A DNA stretch of 23,339 bases, taken from contig NW_027437491.1 in assembly GCF_964204645.1 (NCBI RefSeq), positions 1 through 23,339 on the forward strand. Reading direction: 5' to 3'. Source of the DNA: Tubulanus polymorphus. Its lineage: Eukaryota > Animalia > Nemertea. Within the stretch, counting starts at the first letter, position 1. Every line of letters begins with the position of its first letter. Below are positions 1 to 10,935 of this stretch, one piece after another. The position numbers were made by a program, and so were the translations under genes. The notes below the pieces were generated by a model. That model ran no database searches, was not told the origin of the DNA, and saw nothing but the letters and a program-made list of their open reading frames with translations.

Positions 1-141
1 GCTACTACTCAATTGCTTTAGGCCTATAAAGTAATTCGATAAGCCTACAAGTCGTGTGGAAGATTCCAATCAATCCGCAGTTGAACCACATGGAGAGTCT
101 TATGACAGATAGGCCTATGAGTCAGCTTGCCGCAACCGATG
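1..141 (+). pseudogene. Degenerate copy (copy 0) of the tandemly repeated 114-nt exon, splice acceptor lost
   Basis: 51-141 aligns to the 3' two-thirds of exon copies 3424-3537 etc. and keeps the ATG|GTAAAT donor. The 5' part and acceptor are replaced, and the frame is broken by small indels including TAggccTA at 110-117. Confidence 0.6.
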
Positions 142-579
142 GTAAATCAGTTTAGTTATTCCATATCTTTTTAGCCCACTTGGAACTGGTCTAGTACCTA
201 GCCGTTGGTTGTAGGGAACCGGTATTCGGTAACAACGACTGGTATTCAGACTAACTTGGAACTTAAGACCTTAAGTTGATTTTATTGGGAAATATAAGAC
301 CAAGATCTAGTAACGTGTCGTATACGGCTGAGTGTTTATGTGGTAGGTAGTTTAACTTGTACAGTCGGGTATTGGATGGTGCTGCCATCTTGGGTCCGGA
401 TGGTAGTCCGCAGGCAGAGGGGAGTCGTCTTCCAGAGTTGTTTAGCCAGTCGAAAACTGGTTGTTCGGGGAGACAGTCGTAATAAAACTACTGGCATATT
501 CTATCAGTCTATGCTTTTTATTTTAATCTCTAGTTCTCAGGAGCAGGAGTTGGAGTCTTCCAAGGCGGAGTGTGCTGGC

Positions 580-2510
580 GTGTCCACCGTACACGTCCGC
601 TGAAATAGTCGCTACTGTTCGTTCCTCAACGAGAGGACCGACATCCCTCGACATCGATCGTGCGAGAAGCTCGCTAAGGGGGCGCTGCTGTTTGTCCCTC
701 AACGAGAGGATCGACATCGATCGTGCGAGAAGCTCGCTAAGGGGCGCTGCTGTTCGACCCTCAACGAGAGAATCGACATCGATCGTGCGAGAGGCTCGCT
801 AAGGGGCGCTGCTGTTCGACCCTCAACGAGAGGATCGACATCACTCGCATCGGTCGTGCGAGAAGCTCGCTAAGGGCGCGCTGCTGTTCGACCCTCAACG
901 AGAGGACCGACATCGGTCGTGCGAGAAGCTCGCTAAGGGCGCGCTACTGTTCGTTCCTCAACGAGAGGACCGACATCGCTCGACATCAATCGTGCGAGAA
1001 GCTCGCTAAGGGGGCGCTGCTGTTCGACCCTCAACGAGAGGACCGACATCGCTCGACATCGGTCGTGCGCGAAGCTCGCTAAGGGCGCGCTGCTGTTCGT
1101 TCCTCAACGGGAGGATCGACGTTGCTCCAAATTGATCGTGCGAGAAGCTCGCTAAGGAGACGCCGCTGTTCGATCCTCAACGGGAGGACCGACATCGATC
1201 GTGCGAAAGGCTCGCTAAAGAGACACCGCTGTTCGATCCTCAACGGGAGGACCGACATCGATCGTGCGAGAAGCTCGTTAAGGAGACGCAGCTGTTCGAT
1301 CCTCAACGGGAGGACCGACAGCGATCGTGCGAGATGCTCGCCAATGGCGCGCTGCTGTTCGACCCTCAATGAGAGGACCGATGTTGCTCCAAATTGATCG
1401 TGCGAGAAGCTCGCTAAGGAGTCGCCGCTGTTCGATCCTCAATGAGAGGACTGACTTCGCTCGACTTTGATCGTGCAAAAGGCTTGCTAGGGAGACGCCG
1501 CTGTTCGTTCCTCAACGGGAGGACCGAGATCGATCGTACGAGAAGCTTGTTAAGGAGACGCCGCTGTTCGACCCTCAATGAGAGGACCGATGTTGCTCCA
1601 AATTGATCGTGCGAGAAGCTCGCTGAGGAGTCGCCGCTGTTCGATCCTCAATGAGAGGACTGACTTCACTCGACTTTGATCGTGCAAAAGGCTTGCTAGG
1701 GAGACGCCGCTGTTCGATCCTCAACGGGAGGACCGACATCGATCGTGCGAGAAGCTCGTTAAGGAGACGCCGCCGTTCGATCCTCAACGGGAGGACCGAG
1801 ATCGATCGTACGAGAAGCTTGTTAAGGAGACGCCGCTGTTCGTTCCTCAACGAGAGGACCGACATCGCTCGACATTGGTCGTGCGAGAAGCTCGCTTAGG
1901 GCGCGCTGCTGTTCGTTCCTCAACAGGAGGACCGACGTTGCTCCAAATTGATCGTGCGAGAAGCTCGCTAAGGAGTCGCCGCTGTTCGATCCTCAACGGG
2001 AGGACCGACATCGATCGTGCGAAAGGCTCGCTAAAGAGACGCCGCTGTTCGATCCTCAACGGGAGGACCGACATCGATCGTGCGAGAAGCTCGTTAAGGA
2101 GACGCCGCCGTTCGATCCTCAACGGGAGGACCGACATGGATCGTGCGAGATGCTCGCTAATGGCGCGCTGCTGTTCGACCCTCAACGAGAGGACCGATGT
2201 TGACCGATGTCTCCAAATTGATCGTAGGAGAAGCTTGCTAAGGAGTCGCCGCTGTTCGATCCTCTACGAGAGGATCGACTATGATCGTGCAAAAGGCTTG
2301 CTAGGGAGACGCCGCTGTTCGTTCCTCAACGGGAGGACCGAGATCGATCGTGCGAGAAGCTCGCTAAGGAGGCGCCGCTGTTCGATCCTCAACGAGAGAA
2401 CCGACATCGCTTGACATCGTTTGTGCAATAGAGACGTGTCTACCGTTCACGTTCGCTTAAGAGAATGCCGCCGTTCGGTTCTCAACGCGGGAACCGACGT
2501 CTCTCGACAT
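580..2510. repeat. CpG-rich minisatellite, ~26-27 units of 62-63 bp and 73 bp, with higher-order duplications
   Basis: Consensus GATCGTGCGAGAAGCTCGCTAAGGAGACGCCGCTGTTCGATCCTCAACGGGAGGACCGACATC. Unit starts include 656, 719, 781, 1197 and 1260; 73-bp variants carry a 10-nt insert. Degenerate flanking units lie at 580-655 and 2436-2510. Confidence 0.97.
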
Positions 2511-2884
2511 TGTTCGCGTGGGAAAGACGAGTCTAGTGTCCTCAACACGAGGGCCGACAACGACCGATAACGTTTGTGTAGGGAGTTCACTGAATTAAGC
2601 ACTGTTGTCCGTTCTCAACGCGAGGACCGACGTCGACCGACATTGACCGTTTAACTGTTACAGAGAGTGGAAGTAGAAGGGGACATCTTGGCAACAAGTT
2701 CCGGGCAAAAGCAGAACGACCCTGAACAGCAGCCGCCGGTCCCCTAAGAGGGATTGGAGTGTTTCGGCTGCGACATTTAGTTCCGCTATTTAACGTACAT
2801 TGTCGCTGATTGGCTGATTTACGCCGCACATGCGCACGGAGGTGCGCAACTTAGAAAATTCAAGGAAAGTGTAGAGAAAATAGA

Positions 2885-2955
2885 GCGGCTAGAGCAAGAC
2901 TCAAACCCGGGCAAGTAAATTACTAGCGCAGCGTCATCCCACTAGATCACCGAGC
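2885..2955 (-). ncRNA. tRNA-like / Pol III type-2 promoter remnant (SINE-head-like)
   Basis: The minus strand reads GCTCGGTGATCTAGTGGGATGACGC...CCCGGGTTTGAGTCTTGCTCTAGC, with box A-like TGATCTAGTGG and box B-like GGTTTGAGTCT at tRNA-like spacing. The cloverleaf is imperfect. Confidence 0.35.
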
Positions 2956-3100
2956 TCGTGAAAACCAACCGAATGTTTTCAGATGCAAGATGGCCGTTCT
3001 GTTTCCTATTTTGTACCAAAAAAATGTCAATTTTGGCCTCAATTTCAACTAGGCCTACTACTCAATTGCTTATGCATGTTCATATTTTTTATTTTCATAG

Positions 3101-3165
3101 GAAGATGGACCACCGCGTTCGGTACGAGTCGTGCAGAAGATTCCAATCAATCCACAGGTTAACCA
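3101..3165 (+). pseudogene. 3'-truncated copy of the repeated exon
   Basis: TTTTCATAG|GAAGATGGACCACC... matches the first ~60 nt of the exon, then joins directly to upstream-module (HINE-derived) sequence. Confidence 0.55.
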
Positions 3166-3423
3166 CATTTTTGTTCGCTGAAATCAGCACTTTCCTACTC
3201 ATTTTTGAAGTTTTCAAGGGAATTTTGAAGACACTGATCGAATTACCTTGATCTATCAGATCGTGTACTCGAAGGTTCCATCAGCATGAGAGAAATTTTG
3301 GGTCAATCGGATGCAAGATGGCCATCCTGTGACCTTTTTTCGTACCCAAAAAATATCAATTTTTGTCTCAATTTCAACCACTACTCAATTGCTTATGCAT
3401 GTTCATATTTTTAATTTTCGCAG

Positions 3424-3537
3424 GAAAATGGACCACCGAGTTCGATACAATTGGTGTGGAAGATTCCAATCAATCCGCAGTTGAATCACATAGAGAGAGT
3501 CTTATGGTAGATACGAGTCAACTTTCCGAGACCGATG
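3424..3537 (+). CDS. Candidate internal exon copy 1 (114 nt, phase 1-1): (G)KWTTEFDTIGVEDSNQSAVESHRESLMVDTSQLSETD(G)
   Basis: Acceptor TTTTAATTTTCGCAG, donor GTAAAT, length a multiple of 3, open frame. The peptide is Ser/Thr/acidic and linker-like, with no recognisable domain. Confidence 0.55.
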
Positions 3538-4523
3538 GTAAATCAGTTTAGTTATTTCATACCTTTTTAGCCCACTAGGGACTTTAGACCGAAAGTCGAT
3601 TATTTGGGATATTTCTCTAAAACTTTTGAACACATACTGTAGGCCTACCTGAATTTGATCATCATACTACCAGTGAAACTGGTATATTGTGGGTTGACTG
3701 TAAATCAATTTTAACAATATGTTTCCGTGCCTACCATTTGAAATTATAATCAAATCATCAAAAATCAATGGTTCGTAGGCATGGAAACTCAGGACGCATA
3801 TTGTTAGAATTTCAAAAATGGCTTATTTTTAGCCTACTTGGGAGTCCCAGCGGGCTATTGCGTTCACTTTTCGTCCGTCCGTCCGTAGACGGAATCCAGT
3901 TATTTTGGGAAGTTTTGAAGACGCTTCAAGGTAACGTCTTGATATTTGGGTTACACGTGTATCTACCCTAGACACATCTTCAGCCCAAAAACTGACCCTG
4001 TCAGAATCAAGATGGCTGACTGGCAGCCATTGTTGTTCGCCAAAATCAGCACTTTTTACACATTTTTGAACTTTTTGAGGGAAATTTTAAAGACGCTTCG
4101 ATCAATTACCTTGATCTTTCGGATATATGTGAATCCCCCCAGGGCCCATCAACGAAACAAAAATTGGGTCGGTCGGACTCAAGATGGCCGTCCTATGACC
4201 TTTTTAGTGCCCAAAAATGTTAATTTTTGCCCGAATTCTGAGTCCTGTAGCTTCCTACTGGTTTACCATTTCTCAATGCAATTTGTGATGGGTATTCTTT
4301 GGAAAGGGATGTTTTATACCTCAGACAGGTATTTTTCATCAGCCAATTATGACACAATTGGCGGCCATCTTGGTGTCACCAGTACTCATTCGTAAGTGGG
4401 AAAAAGTTTTTCCACATTATATTGATACCTAAGCGTATTTTGCTACCACAATCAATTAGAAAGTTGTAGCTCATAACGTGTTCTATGATTGTGGTGAGTT
4501 TCAAGGTAATTGGATTTCGTATA

Positions 4524-4542
4524 TGGCCACCAGGGGGCGTTG
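4524..4542 (+). promoter_or_regulatory. CTCF-like binding motif (representative; roughly 15 same-orientation copies or variants in the HINE repeats)
   Basis: TGGCCACCAGGGGGCGTTG matches the established CTCF consensus TGGCCACCAGGGGGCGCTA at 17 of 19 positions. Binding is not shown. Confidence 0.5.
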
Positions 4543-4739
4543 AATAATACAATATCTTAGCATTTCTTTATTATATTCGTACCTATGCATATTTTGTAAC
4601 CACAATCAATTGGAAAGTTGTAGCTCATGACATCATCTATGATTGTTGTGAGTTTTAAGGACATTAGTTTTTCTATATGGTCACCAGGTGGCGTTGAATA
4701 GTAGAATAACTTAGTATTTCCTTATTATATTGGTACCAA

Positions 4740-4920
4740 GGGCGTACTCTTTTATGACCTCCGAAGTCTCCGTCCGAAATCTCCGGTTGGCTCCACACAA
4801 AATCCGAATCACACCACCTCGACAGAAAGGAGGTTTCGGAGACTCCAAAAAGTCACGTGACCAATAAAAGAGTACGATTGGAGGCAAACGGATTCTCCGA
4901 TCTGATAAAAGAGTTCGCTC
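4740..4920. mobile_element. 181-bp MITE (PIF/Harbinger/Tourist-like) nested in H1
   Basis: 16-bp TIRs GGGCGTACTCTTTTAT / ATAAAAGAGTTCGCTC with two mismatches. Flanks CAA/CTA versus the empty site GGTAC-CTA-GGCAT in H3 (~10372) imply a 3-bp TSD. Confidence 0.75.
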
Positions 4921-6057
4921 CTAGGCATATTTTGTTACCATGATCAATTGCAAAGTTGTAGTTCATGACATGTTCTATGATTGTGGTGAGTTTCGAGGTC
5001 ATTGGGTTTTGAATATGGTCACCAGGGGGCGTTGAATAGTAGAATGACTTAGTATTTCCATACTAAATTGGTAACGAGGCATATTTTGTTATCACAATCA
5101 ATTACAAAATCGTAGCTGCTGACATGTTCTATGATTTTGGTGAGTTTCAAGGTCGTTGGTTTTTGTAAATGGTCACCAGGGGGCGTTGAATATTGAAATT
5201 GTTAGATTGTTGAGCATTTGAAACCATTTCCCAAATGGGCATGGTGTCCCTGGACCCCTAGTTTCTCATTTCAACATGCGAAAATGAAAACTTTTTGGCA
5301 ATCTTTCAATACAGCGTAAAATGGATATAAAAACAATGGTTTATTAAAACTGCACAGTTTCACTGGTCGTATTAAAACCAATTAGGCGTATGTGTTCAAA
5401 ACATTAATGTATAGGCCTATTAATGTATATTATTCATCACATAGGAATCCCCGAATTGAGGGAAATCTATGATAGAATGTATTGTTATAACACAGGAAAC
5501 CCAGAGTTAGATTGGTCTGATGGTAAAATCTATCATATGGATTATTATGTACTATAAGACAAATGACCCAATAGGTCGGTACAATCTATCATGTGGAATG
5601 TATTAGTTATTACACAGGAAACCAGCTGTTTCATGGACCCAATAGATTGGTTCAATCTATAAAATGTAATGGGCCCTATATCATTCATAGAAATATATTA
5701 ATTTAATTGATTTAACGTATTTATATACATGCATCTACCCTAGATACATCTTCTGCCCAAAAACTGAGCTTGGTCAGAATCAACATGGTTGACTGGTGGC
5801 CTTTTTTGTTCGCTGAAATCAGCACTTTCTTACTCATTTTTGAAGTTTTCAAGGGAATTTTGAAGATTCTGATCAATTACCTTGATCTATCAGATTGTAT
5901 ACCCGAAGGGTGCATCGGCATGAGAGAAATTTTGGGTCAATCGGATGCAAGATGGCCGTCCTGTGACCTTTTATCGTACCCAAAAAATGTCAATTTTGGT
6001 CTCAATTTCAACCACTACTCAATTGCTTATGCATGTTCATATTTTTGATTTTTACAG

Positions 6058-6172
6058 GAAGATGGACCACCGAGTTCGATACAAATTGGTGTGAAAGATG
6101 CCAATCAATCTGCAGTTGAATCACATAGAGAGAGTCTTATGACAGATATGAGTCGACTTTCCACAACCGATG
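6058..6172 (+). pseudogene. Exon copy 2 (115 nt), frameshifted
   Basis: Same splice signals (TTTTTACAG / GTAAAT), but an extra A (GATACAAATTGG versus GATACAATTGG) shifts the frame into a TGA. This could also be a homopolymer sequencing error. Confidence 0.55.
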
Positions 6173-6329
6173 GTAAATCAGTTTAGTTATTTCATACCTT
6201 TTTAGCCACATGAAATGGACTTAAGCGGGTTATCGCATCCGCTTTGTGTCATTGTCCCGAGCTTGACAGAATCCAGTTATTCTGATACATTTTGAAATCA
6301 GCACTTTTAGACATTGTTTGAACCTTTTT

Positions 6330-7496
6330 AGCCCACTTGGGACTTTAGTCCCAGTGGGCTATTGCGTTCACTTTTCGTCCATTGTCCGTCATAGCGTACG
6401 TCCGTCCGTAGACGGAATCCAGTTATTTTGGGAAGTTTTGAAGACGCTTCAATGTAATGTCTTGATATTTGGGTTACACATGTATCTACCCTAGACACAT
6501 CTTCAGCCCCAAAACTGGCCCTGTCAGAATCAAGATGGCCGACTGGCAGCCATTGATGTTCGCCAAAATCAACACTTTTTACACATTTTTTAACTTTTTG
6601 AGGGAACTTTTTGATCTTTCGGATGTATGTGCATCCCCCCAGGGCCCATCAGCATAACAAAAATTGGGTCGATCGAACTCAAGATGGCCATCCTATGACC
6701 TTTTTTAATGCCAAAAAATGTCAATTTTCGCCTGAATTCCGAGTCCTGTAGCTTCCTACTTGTTTGCCATTTCTCATTGCAATTTGTGATGGGTATTCTT
6801 AAGAAAGGGATGTTTTATACCTGAGACAGGTATTTTTGATCAGCCAATTATGACGCAATTGGCGGCCATCTTGGTGTCATCAGTACTCATTCCTAGGTGG
6901 GAAAAAAATTTTCCACATTATATTGATACCTAGGTGTATTTTGTTACCACAATCAATAAGAAAGTTGTAGCTCATAACATGATCTATGATTGTGGTGAGT
7001 TTCAAGGTCATTGGTTTTGTATATGGCCCAGTGTGCATTGAATAATACAATATCTTTCCATATTATATTCGTATCAATGCATATTTTGTAACCACAATCA
7101 ATTGCAAAGTTGTAGCTCATGACATCATCTATGATTGTGGCAAGTTTTAAGGACATTAGTTATTCTATATGGTCACCAAGAAGCATTGAATAGTAGAATA
7201 ACTTAGTATTTCCTTATATTGGTACCTAGGCTTATTTTGTTACCATGATCAATTAGAAAGTTTTAGTTCATGACATGTTCTATGATCTAGTATTTCCATA
7301 TTAAATTGGTAACAAGGCATATTTTGTCATCACAATCCATGAAATCATTCCTCCTGACATTTACCATGATTGTGGTGAGTTTCAAGGCCATTGGTTTTTG
7401 TATATGGTCACCAGGGGGCGTTGAATATTGAAATTGTTAGATTGTTGAGCATACGGAAACATTTCTCAAGTGGGCATGGTGTCCCTGGACCCCTAG
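6330..7496 (+). mobile_element. HINE copy H2, nested in an older HINE-family remnant (~6203-7815)
   Basis: AGCCCACTTGGGACTTTAGTCCCAGTGGGCT head and CTCAAGTGGGCATGGTGTCCCTGGACCCCTAG tail, with internal deletions relative to H1/H3. Both flanks are diverged HINE-like sequence. Confidence 0.85.
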
Positions 7497-8481
7497 TTCA
7501 AGTTTTCATGGGAAATATTGAAAACGCTTCGATCATTTATCTCAATTTCTCTCATTCGCAGTAAATAACTTGGCCTCATGACTTGCTCTAACATGAATTG
7601 CCCTAAGATTGTGGTGAGTTTCTAGGCATTGTTTATGTTCACCGGTGGCGTTAATTAGCCGAAGAATATGGTACTACAGTATATTAGTACCTAGACATAT
7701 GACGTTGTTACCACAAACAATTGCATGTTGTGCCAGTGCATGAAATGCCCTATGGTAATGGTGATTCTTGACATTTCCAGATTGTTCAGTATTTCACCAA
7801 GTACTAACTAGAAGGACCCATTATGTTTGTTAAAGTCTATCATGCTGAATATAAAATATTTATCACATAGGAATCCCCCAGTTTGAGGGAAATCTATGAC
7901 AGAATGTATTATTATAACACAGGAAACCCACAGTTAGATTGGTCTGGTAAAATCTATCATATGGATTATTATGTACTATAAGACAAAGGACGCAATAGGT
8001 CGGTACAATCTATCATGTGGAATGTATTAGTTATTACACAGGAAACCAGCTGTTTGATGGACCCAATAGATAGGTACAATCTATAGAATGTAATAGGCCC
8101 ATTATCATTTATAGAAATATATTAATGTAATTGATTTAATGTATTTATATACATGTATCTACCCTAGATACATCTTCTGCCCAAAAACTGAGCTTGGTCA
8201 GAATCAACATGGTTGACTAGTGGCCATTTTTGTTCGCTGAAGTCAGCACTTTCTTACTCATTTTTGAAGTTTTCAAGGGAATTTTGAAGATTCTGATTAA
8301 TTACCTTGATCTATCAGATTCTATACCCGAAGGGTGCATCGGCATGAGAGAAATTTTGGGTCAATCGGACGCAAGATGGCCGTCCTGTGACCTTTTTTCG
8401 TACCCAAAAAATGTCAATTTTTGTCTCAATTTCAACCACTACTCAATTGCTTATGCATGTTCATATTTTTAATTTTCACAG

Positions 8482-8595
8482 GAAGATGGACCACAGAGTT
8501 CGATACAATTGGTGTGAAAGATTCCAATCAATCCGCAGTTGAATCATATAGAGAGAGTCTTATGACAGATACGAGTCAACTTTCCGCAACTGATG
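8482..8595 (+). CDS. Candidate internal exon copy 3 (114 nt): (G)RWTTEFDTIGVKDSNQSAVESYRESLMTDTSQLSATD(G)
   Basis: TTTTCACAG acceptor, GTAAAT donor, open frame. Confidence 0.55.
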
Positions 8596-8644
8596 GTAAA
8601 TCAGTTTAGTTATTTCATACCTTTTTAGCCCACTAGGGACTTTA

Positions 8645-9025
8645 GACCGAAAGTCGATTATTTGGGATATTTCTCTAAAACTTTTGAACACATTGTAGGC
8701 CTACCTGAATTTAGCTTCATACTACCAGTGAAACTGTTATATTGGGGGTTGACTGTAAATCAATTTTAACAATATGTTTCCGTGCTTACCATTTGAAATT
8801 ATAATCAAATCATCAAAAATCAATGGTTCGTAGGCATGGAAACTCAGGACGCATATTGTTAGAATTTCAAAAATGGCTTATTTTTTCTCATTTCAACATG
8901 CGAAAATGAAAACTTTTTGGCAATCCTTCAATACAGCGTAAAATGGATATAAAAACAATGGTTTATTAAAACTGCACGGTTTCACTGGTCGTATTAAAAC
9001 CAATTAGATGTATGTGTTCAAAACA
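8645..9025. mobile_element. Foldback/MITE-like module (also at ~3588-3830 + 5262-5405, split by H1, and at ~11093-11437)
   Basis: Nested imperfect inverted repeats: TTTTGAACACA..CCAGTGAAACTG versus CGGTTTCACTGG..TGTGTTCAAAA, and inner TTTCCGTGCTTAC versus GTAGGCATGGAAA. True termini are not visible. Confidence 0.5.
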
Positions 9026-9454
9026 TTAATGTATATTAATGTATATTATTCATCACATAGGAATCCCCGAATTGAGGGAAATCTATTATAGAATGTATTG
9101 TTTTAACACAGAAAACCCACAGTTAGATTGGTCTGGTAAAATCTATCATGTGGATTATTATGTACTATAAGACAAAGGACCCAATAGGTCGGTACAATCT
9201 ATCATGTGGAATGTATTAGTTATTACACAGGCAACCAGCTGTTTGATGGACCCAATAGATAGGTACAATCTATAAAATGTAATAGGCCCATTATCATTTA
9301 TAGAAATATATTAATGTAATTGATTTAATGTATTTATATACATGTATCTACCCTAGATACATCTTCTGCCCAAAAACTGAGCTTGGTCAGAATTAACATG
9401 GTTGACTGGTGGCCATTTCTGTTTGCTGAAATCAGCACTTTCTTACTCATTTTT

Positions 9455-10717
9455 AGCCCACTTGGGACTTTAGTCCCAGCGGGCTATTGCGTTCACTTTT
9501 CGTCCGTCGTCTGTCCGTCCGTCTGTAGACGGAATCCAGTTATTTTGGGAAGTTTTGAAGACGCTTCAAGGTAACGTCTTGATATTTGGGATACACATGT
9601 ATCTACCCTAGACACATCTTCAGCCCAAAAACTGGCCCTGTCAGAATCAAGATGGCCGACTGGCAGCCATTGTTGTTCGCCAAAATCAGCACTTTTTACA
9701 CATTTTTGATCTTTTTGAGAGAAATTTTGAAGACGCTTCGATCAATTACCTTGATCTTTCGGATATACGTGAATCCCCCCAGGGCCCATCAACATAACAA
9801 AAATTGGGTCGGTCGGACTCGAGATGGCCGTCCTATGACCTTTTTAGTGCCCAAAAATGTTAATTTTTGCCCGAATTCTGAGTCCTGTAGCTTCCTACTG
9901 GTTTGCCATTTCTCATTGCAATTTGTGATGGGTATTCTTTGGAAAGGGATGTTTTATACCTGAGACAGGTATTTTTCATCAGCCAATTATGACGCAATTG
10001 GCGGCCATCTTGGTCTCACCAGTACTCATTCGTAAATGGGAAAAAGTTTTTCCACATTATATTGATACCTAAGCGTATTTTGGTACCACATTCAATTAGA
10101 AAGTTGTAGCTCATAACATGTTCTATGATTATGGTGTGTTGCAAGGTAATTAGATTTTGTATATGGCCACCAGGGGGCGTTGAATAATACAATATCTTAG
10201 CATTTCTTTATTATATTTGTACCTATGTATATTTTGTAACCACAATCAATTGGAAAGTTGTAGCTCATGACATCATCTATGATTGTTGTGAGTTTTAAGG
10301 ACATTAGTTTTTCTATATGGTCACCAGGGCGCGTTGAATAGTAGAATAACTAAGTATTTCCTTATTATATTGGTACCTAGGCATATTTTGTTACCATGAT
10401 CAATTGCAAAGTTGTAGTTCATGACATGTTCTATGATTGTGGTAAGTTTTGATGTCATTGGGTTTTGAATATGGTCTCCAGGGGGCGTTGAATAGTAGAA
10501 TAACTTAGTATTTCCATATCAAATTGGTAACGAGGCATATTTTGTTATCACAATCAATTACAAAATCGTAGCTGCTGACATGTTCTATGATTGTGGTGAG
10601 TTTCAAGGTCATTGGTTTTTGTATATGGTTGCCAGGGGGCGTTGAATATTGAAATTGTTAGATTGTTGAGCATTTGGAACCACTTCCCAAGTGGGCATGG
10701 TGTCCCTGGACCCCTAG
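9455..10717 (+). mobile_element. HINE copy H3 (most intact), with four 154-bp internal repeats
   Basis: Head AGCCCACTTGGG..., (GTCY)n, tail CCCAAGTGGGC...CCCCTAG. The repeat anchor CAGGG recurs at 10171, 10325, 10479 and 10633. The empty site CTTACTCATTTTTGAAG is seen at ~5829 and ~8253. Confidence 0.9.
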
Positions 10718-10935
10718 TTGAAGTTTTCAAGGGAATTTTGAAGACTCTGATCAATTACCTTGATCTATCAGATTGTATACCCGAAGGGTGCATCGGCATG
10801 AGAGAAATTTTTGGTCAATCGGACGCAAGATGGCCGTCCTGTGACCTTTTTTCGTACCCAAAAAATATCAATTTTGGTCTCAATTTCAACCACTACTCAA
10901 TTGCTTATGCATGTTCATATTTTTAATTTTCACAG

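Larger units (their letters stand above)
186..2975 (+). mobile_element. GC-rich insertion, possibly the 3' internal region plus truncated 3' LTR of a non-autonomous LTR retroelement
   Basis: Sharp compositional contrast with the flanks. It interrupts the exon/HINE-head repeat unit at ~186, and unit sequence resumes at ~2978. A purine run AAGAGGGATTGGAG (2746-2759) is followed directly by TGTTTCGG (2760), like a PPT/LTR junction. No gag/pol, second LTR or TSD is visible. Confidence 0.35.
3831..5261 (+). mobile_element. HINE/DINE-1-like non-autonomous Helentron, copy H1
   Basis: 5' subterminal IR AGCCTACTTGGG..CCCAGCGGGCT, (GTCC)n microsatellite, internal tandem repeats, then 3' CCCAAATGGGC + small hairpin + CTAG. 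It is inserted in a T-run without a TSD; the empty site GGCTTATTTTTTCTC is seen at ~8875 and ~11315. Confidence 0.85.

Noticed and set aside
656-2410. CRISPR array
   Set aside because: The units are contiguous with no unique spacers, there are no cas genes, and the context is eukaryotic.
656-2410. Hammerhead ribozyme / retrozyme repeats
   Set aside because: No CUGAnGA plus GAAA core is seen on either strand of the unit.
523-2414. Arg-rich and Leu-rich 21-aa repeat ORFs on both strands
   Set aside because: They arise because the 63-bp unit is a multiple of 3. The 62-bp and 73-bp units break the frame repeatedly, so there is no sign of coding constraint.
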